From NCBI RefSeq assembly GCF_001194135.2, contig NC_068981.1:54605747-54669746 (forward strand): 64,000 bases of DNA, written 5' to 3'. This DNA is from Octopus bimaculoides. Its lineage: Eukaryota. The notes under the pieces were generated by a model, which saw only the letters and a program-made list of their open reading frames with translations, was not told where the DNA came from and ran no database searches. A program made the translations under genes and the position numbers. Shown here one piece after another: positions 36,931-50,285 of the stretch; position 1 is the first letter of the stretch; each line of letters starts with the position of its first letter.

Positions 36931-37916
36931 TTTCTTTTGTTGTTGTTGATGTCCTTTTTATTAATGAAAATATTATTTTTGTATAAAATGCATTCTTTAT
37001 GTTCATACATAATACATCTGCACTCAGAACATTGCAATCTGCACTTTGTTCCAATTCTTTAAACATATTCAATCTGCATGCGATGTAAGTTACTAAACAG
37101 AACACTGAGCTGCTGTTTTCTCTTTAGAAATTAAGCGATGTAAGAAAAGAAGCGTGACTGTCCAGACAATAAATTTATCCTTTTCATTAATGGCATGTTA
37201 GTTTTGGAGAATTTTTGATTCTTGAGATTATCTCCCCTTCGCGTATGGAAGTTTGTCTTAATTGCCATTTTGATAATTATGATACATCCTACAGAGACAG
37301 AGATAATTTGAATAAATCAAGGATTTATATTGTATGGTATTTATATACCAATATTTATCTATGTTGTTCGAGTACATGCACTGGCCGCTCGAGTTATTTC
37401 TCTGAGCTCATTTTTGTTTAAATTATGCAAATATATTTTCACATTGAATAAATTTAATGCGTACATATGTGCAACTCCGCACTCTGTCTTTCTTTAATTC
37501 AATGTAATGTTGGTTACTATTGGGTAGATTTTTAAATACTTTGCCTAAGCAATCTATTAAAATCGAAAGCTCAAAATAGGTAAATATATTTCAAAGAAAA
37601 GCTTTGAAAATTTAAATTTGCTGATATACATTTACTCTAAAGCTAAATTATTCAACGGCCAATGAAATATATATATTACACAACCACAAGAAAGCCAATC
37701 CAACAATCAATACGATTGTTAGAAGTTATAGCGTATTACTAGTTATTAAGCTTGCGCTAGCCCCAAACTACCTAATAATAGGAACAACTACGGTGCAAAA
37801 TTATTCAGTTCTTTTATTTTTCTAATTATGAAGGCTGAAACAATAAATTACCATTTCCCAAGATGATTTTTCATTGATATGCACCATTACTGGAAATCGT
37901 CTGTATAAAGATAATT

Positions 37917-38130
37917 ATTTCTACTCTCAGCAGAAAGCCTTGAAAATTTTGGGGGGAAGGGGATAGTCAATTACATCGATCCCAGTGCGTAACTGGGACT
38001 TATTTCATCGACCTCAAAAGGATGAAAAGCACAGTTGACCTCGGCGGAATTTGAACTCAGAAGGTAGCGGCAGACAAAATACCGCTAAGCATTTCGCCCG
38101 GCGTACTAACGATTCTGCCAGCTCGCCGCC
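37917..38130 (-). mobile_element. SINE family A copy
   Basis: Matches 166-380; flanked by the direct repeat GTCTG(T/C)ATAAAGATAAT at ~37899 and ~38136 (probable TSD). Confidence 0.85.
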
Positions 38131-39159
38131 CTAATGTCTGCATAAAGATAATGATTGCTAAGGGGTATAAGTCAATTAAATCGACTTCAGTTTTTGACAG
38201 GCACATAGATATTAGCTCTTCTTTTTTCTGCATTAGCTTTTAGATAACTTGTGAGCATACTATTAGATGTGCATATAACCATACGATAATGTATTTCTAG
38301 AATATCTATTTTGCTTTATATTAATTCTTCCAAATGTCTTGAAACGTAAGTTTCTTTCGTTCGGAATCTGCAGTATGATCTTAAGTTGCAAATAATAACT
38401 TGATTAAAAAATGTTTTCATAAATCATAAATCAATAAATAAGTGAATAAATAAATAAAACGGGAAAATATTTCAATTAACTATAAAATGTATATTGGCAA
38501 GGTGAGAAACCATATAAAGACATTTTGAACTTTTGATCTTTTATGATATTGTTTCTTTTCATATATACTTTAACCAAACACACGCGCGCGCGGTTTGTTG
38601 TTTCTTTATAATAGGCTTCAGGTGTCATTTTTACAGAAACATTCCCCGAAGAAATGCGAGTTGAAACATCTGGTGTCCATAACACTTTGTTAGGCAAGCG
38701 GATAACAATTAGGAAAACAAATTTAGATTCAAAACTTACAAATCTGGAAATACCTGGGTTAGTGTCCAGGTGCGTAGTTGGTTCACTGGGAGCGGGAGGT
38801 CCCTCTGTTGTTGTCACATCTCTTTAGGAGAGGGAAACTTTGAGAGAAAACCTGCGACACTGACAATATTCAATGATGTAGACTAGTTCTTCTTTTCGAG
38901 TTTATGTCGTCCATGTTCGGAGAGTGGGATTGGATTTGTGCAAATCCTTTCCCCCACTATAAAAAAAAATCATGTACAGGCATCGCTTGAAAAAAAAAAG
39001 ACCTATCACAGAAATGGCTGGTCGTAGCCTTCGAATGTGAGGGACTTTCGGTCATGCGATGGCAATACTCGAACACAAGTTTGCAGTCATCATGTATGTA
39101 TGTATGTATGTATGTATGTATGTATGTATGTATGTATGCATACGGATGATCTGGGGTAT

Positions 39160-39370
39160 TTATAGTAGAGACTTAGTGGAAGGACTGCATAGAGGCAAAA
39201 TGGTAAATATTGGAAAGCCGAAGGTGATGAGAAGTGGTAAAGTATATGGTAAGGCGAAAAGAACAGAGTTGTCACGTGTCACGTGCAGTGAAGGTGTTGG
39301 AGTGAGCTCTATTAAATATACAATGTATGTTGGTGGGTTCGTCAAAATTGCAGTATTGTGAAAGGGTTAC
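39160..39370 (+). mobile_element. Old RTE LINE fragment
   Basis: KMVNIGKPKVMRSGK..CSEGVGVSSIKYT resembles the RTE segment VNLAKTKV..CRRGVGRNSIRCT at 49100-49260. Confidence 0.6.
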
Positions 39371-39395
39371 ATATTAATGTAGCAGCTATAAAGTT

Positions 39396-39461
39396 ATCTG
39401 CGTCTCCTTTCGTACACACTTCATACTGATGTATAAACTGTGTACGAAAGGAGACGCAGAT
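39396..39461. repeat. Perfect 23-bp inverted repeat with a 20-nt loop
   Basis: ATCTGCGTCTCCTTTCGTACACA / TGTGTACGAAAGGAGACGCAGAT. Confidence 0.95.
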
Positions 39462-39720
39462 GGCGGGAATGTTGAGTCGGATCTTGGAAATGAAGATGGA
39501 AAGTGTAAAACCGCTATAGTATTTTCGTTACGATGTCACTGTACTTTTCAGCTTTATTGGCACCGTCGTCCTTCGCTTACATCTGACAGTCACTCAGAGG
39601 AATTGTATACTCTTTCGTGGTGTTCATGGTTAATTGAACATTTTTTCCTGTTTTACGACAGTCTTTGAACTTACGAAGTCTTTCTTGTACCTCATATCTT
39701 CCGTCCTTTAAATTAACATA

Positions 39721-41350
39721 CACTGGCCAAAATAAGCTTAAGACCGATGATGGCAGTTCTATTCCTTCATTAATGTATTTTAAATAAAACTGTATGAAAT
39801 TATTTTACTTATACAGTTTATGTAAAAAAATTTTCTCTTTCGAATGATATAGGCGTTCTATATCTTTCTACAATTTGAATAATTTTAATGCGCAATTAAT
39901 TCAAATGATTAGAAATTGTCGCTAAAATAAGTTTAAGACCATACCAAGATTATACAAAGTAATAAACCAAATGGGTGGTCATATGGCTAGTCGTACTGCC
40001 CTTTTTTTTTTGTTTAATAATCGAGCATTGTTACACATTAATTCGATATAGGAAAGCATCGTAATCTCAGCCCAGTTACTAGATCAAAGATCGTAATGCA
40101 TCATCAGCATAATGTGTCCTTCATGAACATTAGCAAGCAATTAGGATGCAGCAAAGTGGTTTGTGTTCAAGCATGGAAGCTTTACCAAGCTACTGGCCAA
40201 TACAAAGATCGGTAAAGAACGGGCGCTCCGAGTAAAACAACAGTACATATGGATCGGCGAATTCATAAACTCTCTGAAGATAACCGAATGCTAACAGCAG
40301 TGGACATTTGCAAGCAATGAGCTGATGAAACTGACATCAGCTTTACACCACAAACTGTCAGAAACCGCCTAAAAGAATTTGGACAGTTCAGTTGGATCGC
40401 TGGAAACAAGCCAATAATTTCTGAGATGAACCGGTGGAATCGGATCAAGCTTGCTAAACTCCATATTGAATGGACAGCCGAAGACTGGTCAAAAGTTCTT
40501 TGGAGTGACGAATCCCGCTTCTGCATCTTTGGATCAGACGGAAAGACTTATGTTAGACCCCATCCAACTGAAGAATTCCATCCTAAGTGTGTCAAGAGGA
40601 CGGCGCAAGCGGGAGGTGTGTGTGGGTGGGCTGCGTTCAGCAGCTTAAGTGTTGGTCCGATTGTTAAGGCTGATGGCAGACTGAACAGTGTAGGCTATCT
40701 GCAATTAGCAAATGAAAATGTGCTGCCATATTTAAATAATCATATGCCACAGGGATCTATTTTCCAGTAGGACAATTGCTCCGTTCATAAGACTAGGAAA
40801 GTTTTGCAATATTTTGAGTTCAATAATATGGTGAATATTGAGGGGCCTCTGTAAAGCCCGGATTTGAATCCGATAGAAAATTTATGGAATTATGTTTCTA
40901 AAAGAGTTCATGCTAAAAAACCTATAAATTTGTCCAATTATGTAATTGTATTGAAGAAATATGGCAGAACATTCCAAGTGATTTTTGTGCTCATTTGTCG
41001 AACTTCATATCTGGCCGTTATGAGGCTATAATTGAAAATAATGGCTTTGGAATTAGATTCTAATAATAAATTTTTGTTCGTTGATCATTTGTGCCGTAAA
41101 TTTTCAATTTAAACAAAATAATGTTGGTACAGTCTTAAACTTATTTTACCGACGATTTTTAATCATTTGAATTAATTGCGCATTAAAATTATTCAAATTG
41201 TAGAAAGATCTATAACGCCTATATCATCCGAAAGAGAAAAAGTCCTACATAAACTGTAAAAAGTAAAATTATTTTATACAGTTTTATTAAAAATATATTA
41301 ATGAAGGAATAGAATTGTCATCATCGGTCTTAAACTTATTTTGGCCAGTG
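39721..41350 (+). mobile_element. Full-length Tc1 (DD34E) transposon, IR/DR type, inactivated
   Basis: TA TSDs at 39719-20 and 41351-52; 220-bp TIRs (39721-39940, 41131-41350), each with two 17-bp DRs AAAATAAGYTTAAGACC; transposase WSDESRF..FQ*DN-(34 aa)-NPIENLW with stops and frameshifts. Confidence 0.95.
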
Positions 41351-42777
41351 TACCTCAACATAAATGTTTTCGGTTCAGCATGGGAATAATCTAGGGTTGC
41401 TTGCACGATAACTGAAATATTTTCAAGACCACCTTTTCAGAAAAATTTGTTGCTTCCCATTCTGAAATAAAACCATTCTTTTGTTCAAAGGGCAGTTAGA
41501 GGACTTGAAAATGTTCACCCTCTCATACTCTGTTAAATCTAAGAAGTTCCATTGTTGGATCAATTCAATGTGGTGATCCACTGATCACTAACCCCGTTCC
41601 CCACAAAAAGAACTACAACTTCCATACATTTTAAAATGTTGCTTCATTTCACTGTTTCAGTTCAAAATCTTGCCTTTGAAGAAGAAAGATATCTGTAAAG
41701 CTTTCTCTAAGCTATATAGCTTGGATCTTTTCTTTAACAGAAATCTCTACACACATTTTTGTGAAGATTTTTAGAAGTACCAGTCTAAATTTATGTGGGC
41801 CCTTAAGAAGGACAAGATTCAGACAATATTCACGATTCTTCTTTAGCTCTTTGGACTTCGCATCAGTCTATCGACTGAATCCTTCTATTATAGGCCCTGC
41901 CCGTAAGGTCATCCAGATTAAGTGGGTGAACTGGAACACTGTTCACAAAAGTCTTTATTTTCTTTTATTTTCAAGTTTATTCTGATGACCATACTTACAA
42001 ACCTCTTACTCATAGAAAACACTTTATCACCAACAATTGGAGACTTCATTTCTACTCAAGCTGGTTTTCAACAAATACTACGTCAAAACATAGCATCTAC
42101 CGACAAAATATTTTTCTGTTTACCGTATTATTACATTTTGTTTGCTATACAAAAGTTGTTTCTGGCACTGAAGTGAAGGGCAGTCTAACTAAATTGTCAC
42201 ATTTTACTTTACAGGAAAAAATTTTCAGCTTCAAGACACGAAATTCCAAACAAAGTTCGTTTTAATTTTTCTTTCTCCTTTTCTCTAAGCTTGTGCAAAC
42301 ATCTCTAAACGTATTATTTAGATTGTCACGAAATAGAGTTTGCTGGCCAGTTCTGATAGATAACTGAAATGTGTTTACAGGTGTGGCAAAATACAAGAAG
42401 GGATTAAACTCCTTTCGTCATCAATAAACGCGCTGACCTGTAAAAATCATGGAGTGTCGTCTTTGAAAATACTGAGAAATTAGTTCAAAGCAACTATGAA
42501 AGTATGGTCGAAGAAGCGAATCTGAACAAAAAGAGGTTGACTGTTATTTCGAATAATGTATTTAAAACAATTTTGTTTTGTTAGCATTTCATACCTGATA
42601 GAATGGTCCCATGAATTCAGATATTTCCAACACAAGGCCAACAGTTTGAGAGGAGGGATCCTTCCAGCTTTTATATATTTTTATTCTTTGTGAATTTCTT
42701 AAATGTTTTGCTCTCTAGGGATTTCTGCTAGATTTTTACATTTCACAACTGATAAATTTAAAATTTCACATATAATC

Positions 42778-42812
<35 letters not shown>

Positions 42813-43527
42813 NNNNNNNNNNNNNNNNNNNNNNNNNNNNNNNNNNNNNNNNNNNNNNNNNNNNNNNNNNNNNNNNNNNNNNNNNNNNNNNNNNNNNNNN
42901 NNNNNNNNNNNNNNNNNNNNNNNNNNNNNNNNNNNNNNNNNNNNNNNNNNNNNNNNNNNNNNNNNNNNNNNNNNNNNNNNNNNNNNNNNNNNNNNNNNNN
43001 NNNNNNNNNNNNNNNNNNNNNNNNNNNNNNNNNNNNNNNNNNNNNNNNNNNNNNNNNNNNNNNNNNNNNNNNNNNNNNNNNNNNNNNNNNNNNNNNNNNN
43101 NNNNNNNNNNNNNNNNNNNNNNNNNNNNNNNNNNNNNNNNNNNNNNNNNNNNNNNNNNNNNNNNNNNNNNNNNNNNNNNNNNNNNNNNNNNNNNNNNNNN
43201 NNNNNNNNNNNNNNNNNNNNNNNATATATATATATATATATATAATAAAAAAATATCAATTGCTGTAAAAAGAATTGACTTGTCATCAGAAGCATGAGTG
43301 CTTATATCTTCTCACTGCAATTCAAACAATGGCAGTAGACATAGGTACGTAACACCTGGCAACAGAATTGTGAGAAAGGGTGGAGCCTCAAGTAAACTAA
43401 ATTTACATATAATTTGATGAAATAAAATGTGATTGTATCAGGTTTTGAAGCTCATCATCACCATAGCATATTTCATTCCAAGGAAGTACATCCATATATT
43501 ATCACAACTTGTGTGTCATGTTTTTAA

Positions 43528-43809
43528 CCCTTTAGCATTCACATTACTCTGTCAGATGTAATGTTTATTCATTCATTTTGTTTTAAATTAATCATACATT
43601 ATCTTGTAGCTTCAAGATTTCGATCATGAGATTAATCTTTTACTTGTTTCAGTCATTTGACTGTAGCCATGCTGGAGCACCACCTTGAAACATATTGCAT
43701 ATTTTTGGAATGACATATAGGGTAGGAGTGAGAGACATGATCTAGCTGGTTTGGACAGGAAACAAGTAGAATATTTAGGCCAGATATGGCCATCTTAAAT
43801 GCTAAAGGA
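43528..43809. mobile_element. piggyBac-type MITE containing a SINE-tail insertion
   Basis: TTAA|CCCTTTAGCATT...AATGCTAAAGGA|TTAA; a reversed related copy lies at 61523-61743. Confidence 0.75.
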
Positions 43810-43952
43810 TTAAATTCTAGGATAAATTTTGACTTCTACACTGCTTTCCCCTTTTTCTTTAACATAGCCGCTTTTAGATGTAGCTTATGATTGAGTGAAG
43901 TTACAGTGAGCAATTTCTCAAGGCTCCCCCCACCTATAGAGAGGCTGTTTAA

Positions 43953-44420
43953 CCCTTCAGAGGTGGAGCCTCATTTAGAATTTTTCAATGCTAAGAAGAC
44001 AGAGTCCTTTTCACAAGCCCTACTGAGGGCATGGACTTATTTTTGAAAGAGATTCCATGTGAAAAACAGCATAAAGTGTTCCACTGGGGTGCTTATGCCT
44101 TGTGACATATTTCTAGGCTCTATATTTTCTAAGAATTCATAGGGGTCATTTCTACCTAAATTCAGAATCCCTAATCCTAAACCAAGGGTTCACAACATTA
44201 TTATCACCATTGTCATTTTGATCTTCTCATTATTTTCCTGGTTGTTTTCATCAGTTTCAGTGTCAGATTCACTACTAAGCTGGGAGAAATCAAACTCACT
44301 AAGGAAATTTTCATCAGTGTCACTGTTGGACATGGCAAAATTTCACGATGCTCACTTGGAACACATATAAAAAAAAAAAAAAAAATTGATGTAAAAATCA
44401 CAGAACACAGCAAACTATCA
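43953..44420 (-). mobile_element. piggyBac transposase N-terminal remnant
   Basis: Minus strand acidic leader MSNSDTDENFLSEFDFSQLSSESDTETDE and STPVEHFMLFFTWNLF (SPxExFxLFF-like); TTAA|CCCT end at 43949-43956. Confidence 0.5.
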
Positions 44421-44594
44421 TGGAAGCCATCATTGAAAGGCCCAGATATGCAAGGAATGCGAGAAACAAACTGATTGGCAGGTACAAAGACCAGCCAGCT
44501 AACCTAGAAGCTTGTATTATCAGGCCAACAGATTGGCCCAGTCGTGCAACATTTTTTTAATAAATGATCAGTGTGTCGTATTCTCCACTCCATT

Positions 44595-44800
44595 CTATTT
44601 GAGCCTCCAGATGAGGTTCAATAGTGATGTGGATTTCCTTTTATTTATATTGGAAAATGATGCGAGATGGTTACGACGATGATTTTTCATGGTGTCTTTG
44701 GTGCTGCCAATGTACATGTATTTCTGCATACATACTACCTTGACCTCACATTTGTAAAGTACATTCTTTAGTTGAAACACATTTGTGACATATTTCAACT
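44595..44800 (-). mobile_element. Penelope-like element GIY-YIG endonuclease remnant
   Basis: NVLYKCEV..YMYIGSTKDTMKNHRRNHLASF..KSTSLLNLIWRLK matches the PLE GIY-YIG pattern. Confidence 0.78.
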
Positions 44801-45199
44801 TCTAAAAGCAAATTCTCTCATGGTAAAATGTGTAAAAACAATGTATCTGCTCAGTACTGCCCCCTACTGGGTTACCAGATGCAGTGTTTCTTGCTCTTTA
44901 GCCTACCTCAATGGGAAATACTGAAAAAAGGTAACTCTGGGTAGATTTAAAACCTTAGCTTTTGCTAAAAAACAGTCAAGAACATTGAATTGCACTATCA
45001 GATCACCCAGTCAGGTTAAAATCAGAAAACAAGTTGTTTTCACTCCTTTTACTATAAAAGGAGAACTTTTTCTCCATGCTAGCTACAGTGAATTTGTCTA
45101 ACTGCAGTGAATTTGCTAGCTGCAGTGAGTTGAAATATGTCAGAAACATTAACTAACCTAAAGTTCGCTTATGCCTAATCACTGCTCTGCCTGATGCTG

Positions 45200-45244
<45 letters not shown>

Positions 45245-48200
45245 GGATCTCAGGTGATTCAAAGATGAGGATTCAGCTATTTACTTATTGAATTTGTGTG
45301 CAAGTAGCTGAGCATTCCACAGACATGCATACTCTAAATGTAATTCCCAGTTAGAACCAGCATGACATTGTGTGACAAGGCTTTTGAATTACAGGTACAA
45401 TCCTAATGACCTTCAACAGAGTCTCTGATGGGTTGACTGAAAGCTATAGAAAATGGCATTTGCTCCAGATGTGAAGTAGGATCCAGCCTGGGATCTTATG
45501 GTTTTCAAGTGAACTTCCCAACCATTTGGTTACGGACACATCATAAGCTTCTGCAAATTCTACTCATAAGGTATTTGTTACACATGTTGAAGACATGCCT
45601 AGAAGCTTCGTAGCAGAATCAAACCATTGAACTAATGCTCTTTGTAGATGGTGGCTTGTAATTTAATTTCCATACAGAGGCTATTTCAATTACTTTTTGA
45701 TTGCTGTACGAACAAAACAAATGACCGTTTTTTAATATTTTTTCAGCACTTTACATGAATTATCTCATGCTTCTATATATCTTTTAGAATATTTTGAATC
45801 ATGTTGGAGGTGTGGACCAAAGCCTATAGGATGGAAAATCAAATGCTACTATGTTAATGATAGTAATAATTATTATGAATTGTACATTCCCTGTCTCCCG
45901 TACAAAATAAACATTTATTGGAAGCAAACAAGTATTCAAAATCAATTTATCAAAGAGTGGATCTAAAATAAAAATATAAAATTCTTTAACCCTGCAACAA
46001 TTTCAGAGAAATTATAGAGATTACAAATAATTTATGTAGATGACAAACCAGTGTGGGTAAAGTCAATTTATCAACGAATGAAATAAAATAAAACAATAAA
46101 TTTAATCAAGTGCTAAAATTATTAGTTGATGAGGTATTTTTAGATCAGTGCTCTTCAGAGGTAGATTTAAAGTTGCACACACACAATAAAATATCCTCTC
46201 ATGTATACAATATTTTTATTTATTTTTCTACTAATACATATATCAAAGTAATTTTCTGTTAACATAGTGTTTGCCAAAGGGGGGGAAAAAAAGAAGAAAA
46301 AAATGGAAATCATAACTAATACTCAGAAGGAATCTTATAAGCATAAGTACTTAAGATCTTGCAGTAAAGTCCAATGAGCAGTATTGATATATTTTTGGTT
46401 TTTTAAATTCTAAAATCAAGCAAAAAAAAGTTTTCAATGCAAATTCAGTATGTATCAGTTTCTGGGTGCAACTTGCTATGAATGTGACAATAAGAAAAAG
46501 TTCATTGAATAGTTTCCCACTCTGTCTTCAAGTAGACATGTGGACCAAGAATTTTTGAAGAAGATAAATGAGAATATTGTAAGGTGTTCTTAAAGATAAT
46601 TAGTAAAAAAAGAGAAATTAAAGATGGATCACAGACTCAGCTCATAGAAAGTTTCCATCCAATCCTATAGTAATTTACCAACAAGTGGAAAGGACAAAAT
46701 AAACATTAATATTTAGAAAGTTTGTTTTACAATGTTCCTTTACCTTTTTGGTGAAATACTTGATAGAATAAATAAATAAAAGGAAAAAATTCATATGAAA
46801 AAAAAATTTTATTTTGTAAAATAAATCAAACCCATCACAATATGGAAACAGAAATTAAACTTTGTCAAAAAAAAAAAAAAAAATGAATACATTTATTTTG
46901 CAGAGAAAGCAAATTTTTCCTTCCCATTCTTTTAAATTTTTTCTCTCAAACTGACAATATAATTTGCTTAAAGAATACGTTATTGACAATTTCATATTTT
47001 TCTTAAGTTCCAGTAAATTTTATATGAAAAAGGTTATTTTTTTAACATTATGTTAAAATAAATCATATGCAACCAAATTATTGCAACAAAAATTCAATCT
47101 CTAGACATTACTATAACAGTACTGATCTTATGACACAGGACTCTTTTGTGTCATATTTTACACACATACAAATGTGGACACACACACACCTAATAATAAT
47201 GTCGAAGTATAGGTGGAGGCATGCCTGTGTGGTTAAGAAGTTCATTTCCCAACAACATGGTTTTGAGTTCAGTCCCCATTGCATGGCACATTAGGAAAGT
47301 GCTTTCTACTATAGCTCTGAGATGATCAAAGCTTTGCAAGTGACTGATAGAAATTGAAGGAAGCTCATAAACTGTGTGGAAGCTTGACATGTGTGTCTGA
47401 GAGTGTGTGAATGCATGTGTTTATTCCTTCCACCACTTGACAACTGTTGTTGGTTTGTTTATATTCTTGTAACTTACTAGTCTAGTAAAAGAGACTGATA
47501 AAGAATGTACCAGAGGTGATTTGTTTGACTAAACCCTTAAAGTGTTCACCCATCATAATTGCAGTCTGATGACTGAAACAAGTAAAAGATAAAGATGTGT
47601 GTGTGTGTGTGTATACATATTTGGATGTGTTTTTGTGTACTTGTTTTGACATCATGTGATAAATGTGAACAAGTGATACTGTCATATGAGTCATGACCTT
47701 TGTTTCCAGTATTTTCCATGGGAAAATATTACTTTGTCTGGAAACATGTAAAGGTTGGTAACAAGAAGAAAATCCATTTGTAGAAAATCTGCCTCATCAA
47801 ATTCCATCTGGCGTATGCAAGTATGAAAAAGTGGGCTTTAAAACAAAGATGGTCCAGTAAAAAATTAGCTGGAAAATATAAGTTAGATAAGGCACAGTAA
47901 TGTGTTTGCCCCAACAACTACACTGTTAAATGTACTATAAATGTATAAAAACAACACCAACTGTTGACTAACATGCATTCATAAAGTAAGTATATGTTGA
48001 TCAACTGTAATTGTTCTTGTGAGAATATAATTTAAGATTTTAAATATTATAGCTTTGAAAAGAATACAAAATTTATATAATATAAACAAGTTTTTTTTTA
48101 TACATACTGAAAGATTACTCAGGATAAATTTAGAAAGCTTAATTTAAGAAAAATAAACAACTTTAGATATGCCTTGTTTTGATATAAAACTTTTATAAGA

Positions 48201-48428
48201 AAATATTAGCTGTTTCAAGAAACATTTGTTTTTATGAAAATATATTTTTATAGCTTTGTTTTCTTTACTTGACACTATAATTCATTGAAAGAATCACAAA
48301 TTAAGATACAATTCTATTCAATGCTTCACCAAGTAACATTTGGTTGTTAATTGTTGTTTGTTTTTTTTCAATGATGTTCTTCATGTTAACAGTATATGTG
48401 GGTAATTGCTTAGAGACATCAGTATGTT

Positions 48429-48596
48429 TCAAAGTTCAGTTTTGGAGGGAGGTTTATATAGTTCTTGATGTTTCTCCCAAAATAACTTATGACTAAGAAC
48501 ATAATCAGCAGCCCCAATAATTAACCTCATGAATTCTTTAACATCAAAAGAATAATTTGTAAACTTGGGATGTGGTCCTAATGTTGGATGATGGCC
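48429..48596 (-). CDS. EOGT: EOGT terminal coding exon
   Basis: gttttttag|[58 protein letters not shown]; matches [26 protein letters not shown]; ends in a KDEL-like motif. Confidence 0.97.
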   Translation of the reverse strand, partial: GHHPTLGPHPKFTNYSFDVKEFMRLIIGAADYVLSHKLFWEKHQELYKPPSKTEL

Positions 48597-48733
48597 CTAA
48601 AAAACAAAAAAAAAAAAGTTTAGAAAAATGTATATACAGAATACAAATGCACACACATACATATATATATATAGAATGGGAGAGAGCAATTTCAAATGAA
48701 ATATTAAGTTATCCTATGAGAACTTATTTCAAT

Positions 48734-50285
48734 AGCTGGCTTTCATTGACATGGAGAAAGCCTTTGACAGTGTCCCCCAATCCCTTATCTGGTGGTCAAT
48801 GGGGAAACTAGGGATAGATGAGTGGTTAGTGAGAACTGTACAAGCCATGTACAGGGATGTGGTCAGTAAGGTGAGGGTTGGCAATGAGTATAGTGAAGAA
48901 TTCCAGGTAGGGGTAGGGGTTCACCTAGGATCAGTCCTCAGCTCCCTCTTATCATAGTCCTCCAGGCAATAACAGAGGAATTCAAGACAGGGTGTCCTAG
49001 GGAGCTTCTCTATGCTGATGACCTTGCACTAATAGCTGAGTCACTATCAGAACTAGAGAAGTTTCAGGTGTGGAAGCAAGGTCTAGAATCAAAGGGCCTT
49101 AGAGTCAATCTAGCAAAAACCAAAGTCATAATAAGTAGGAAGGCAGACAAATCACAAATCCCTTCAGGTAGATGGCTCTGCTCGATCTGCAGAAGAGGTG
49201 TAGGTAGAAACTCCATAAGATGTACCCAGTGTAAGCTATGGACACATAAGAGGTGCAGCGATATCAAAGGAAGGCTAACTGGGAAGATAGTTTTTGTGTG
49301 TGGCAAATGCTCAGGGGCAATAAATACTGAAAATGTGCAGAAAACAGCTTCTGTCACATGCCAGGGAGAAACACCAGAAGTAGTTGATAGCTTCCATTAC
49401 CTAGGTGACCAAGTCAGTAGTGAGGGTGGATGCTCTGAGAGTGTAGCTGCAAGAATAAGAATAGCCTGGGTAAAGTTCAGAGAGGTCCAACCTCCGTTGG
49501 TAACAAAGGGCTTCTCACTCAGAGTAAAAGGTAGACTGTATAACACGTGTGAGAACTGCCATGCTACATGGCAGTGACACATGTGCCATGACTGCTGAGG
49601 ACATGTGCAAGCTTTCAAGGAATGAAGCTAGTATGCTCAGCTGGATGTGCAACGTCAGTGTGCATACATGACAGAGTTTAAGCACCCTGAGAGAAAAGTT
49701 GGACATAAGAAGCATCAGATGTGGTGTGCAAGAGAGACAACTGTGCTGGTATGATCATGTGTCGCATATAGATGAGGACAGCTGTGTGAAAATATGTCAC
49801 ACCCTAGAAGTAGAGGGAACCTGTGGAAGAGGTTGACCCAGGAAGACCTGGAATGAAGTGGTGAAGCACGATCTTCAAACGTTGGGCCTTATGGAGGCGA
49901 TGACAAGGGACTGAGACCTTTGGAGATATGCTGTGCTTGAGAAGACCCAGCAAGCCAAGTGAGACCATAACCATGACCTATGCTAGTGCAGCATACCTTT
50001 CAATCAATGAGCAATAAACTGCACTTGCGAAAACCTGTTGAGTCAAGTGAAGTCATTGCTGTGGCTGATGACAGTACTGCCTGATTGGCACCCATGTCAG
50101 TGGTACATTAAAAGTACCATTTGAGAGTGGTTGATGCCAGTGTCGGCTGATTGGTCCTGTGCTGGTGGCACATAAAAGGCGCCATTCAAACATGGTTATT
50201 GCCAGTGCTGCCTGACTGACTTCCATGCCGGCGGCACATAAAAAGCACCATTCAAGTGTGGTCGATGCCAGTACCGCATGAAGCA
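48734..50285 (+). mobile_element. RTE-clade LINE, 5'-truncated, in the last EOGT intron (antisense)
   Basis: FIDMEKAFDSV, GVHLGSVLS, LLYADDL (49011), Cys-rich insert, C-terminal GRPRKTW-like segment; ORF end at 49962 followed by a 3' UTR with ~60-bp GTGCCGGTGGCACGTAAAAAGCACC-type repeats. Confidence 0.93.

Noticed and set aside
38476-38817. Minus ORF containing IRLPNKVLWTPDV, reminiscent of the Cys-loop receptor WxPD loop; the plus strand also has an open ag..gt segment at 38637-38769
   Set aside because: There is no upstream WxDxxL, no following YN, no Cys-loop and no partner exons; it is treated as a chance motif.
41400-42000. Moderately GC-rich unique block with short ORFs next to the Tc1
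   Set aside because: No motif, no consistent splice pair and no repeat partner was seen in the window.
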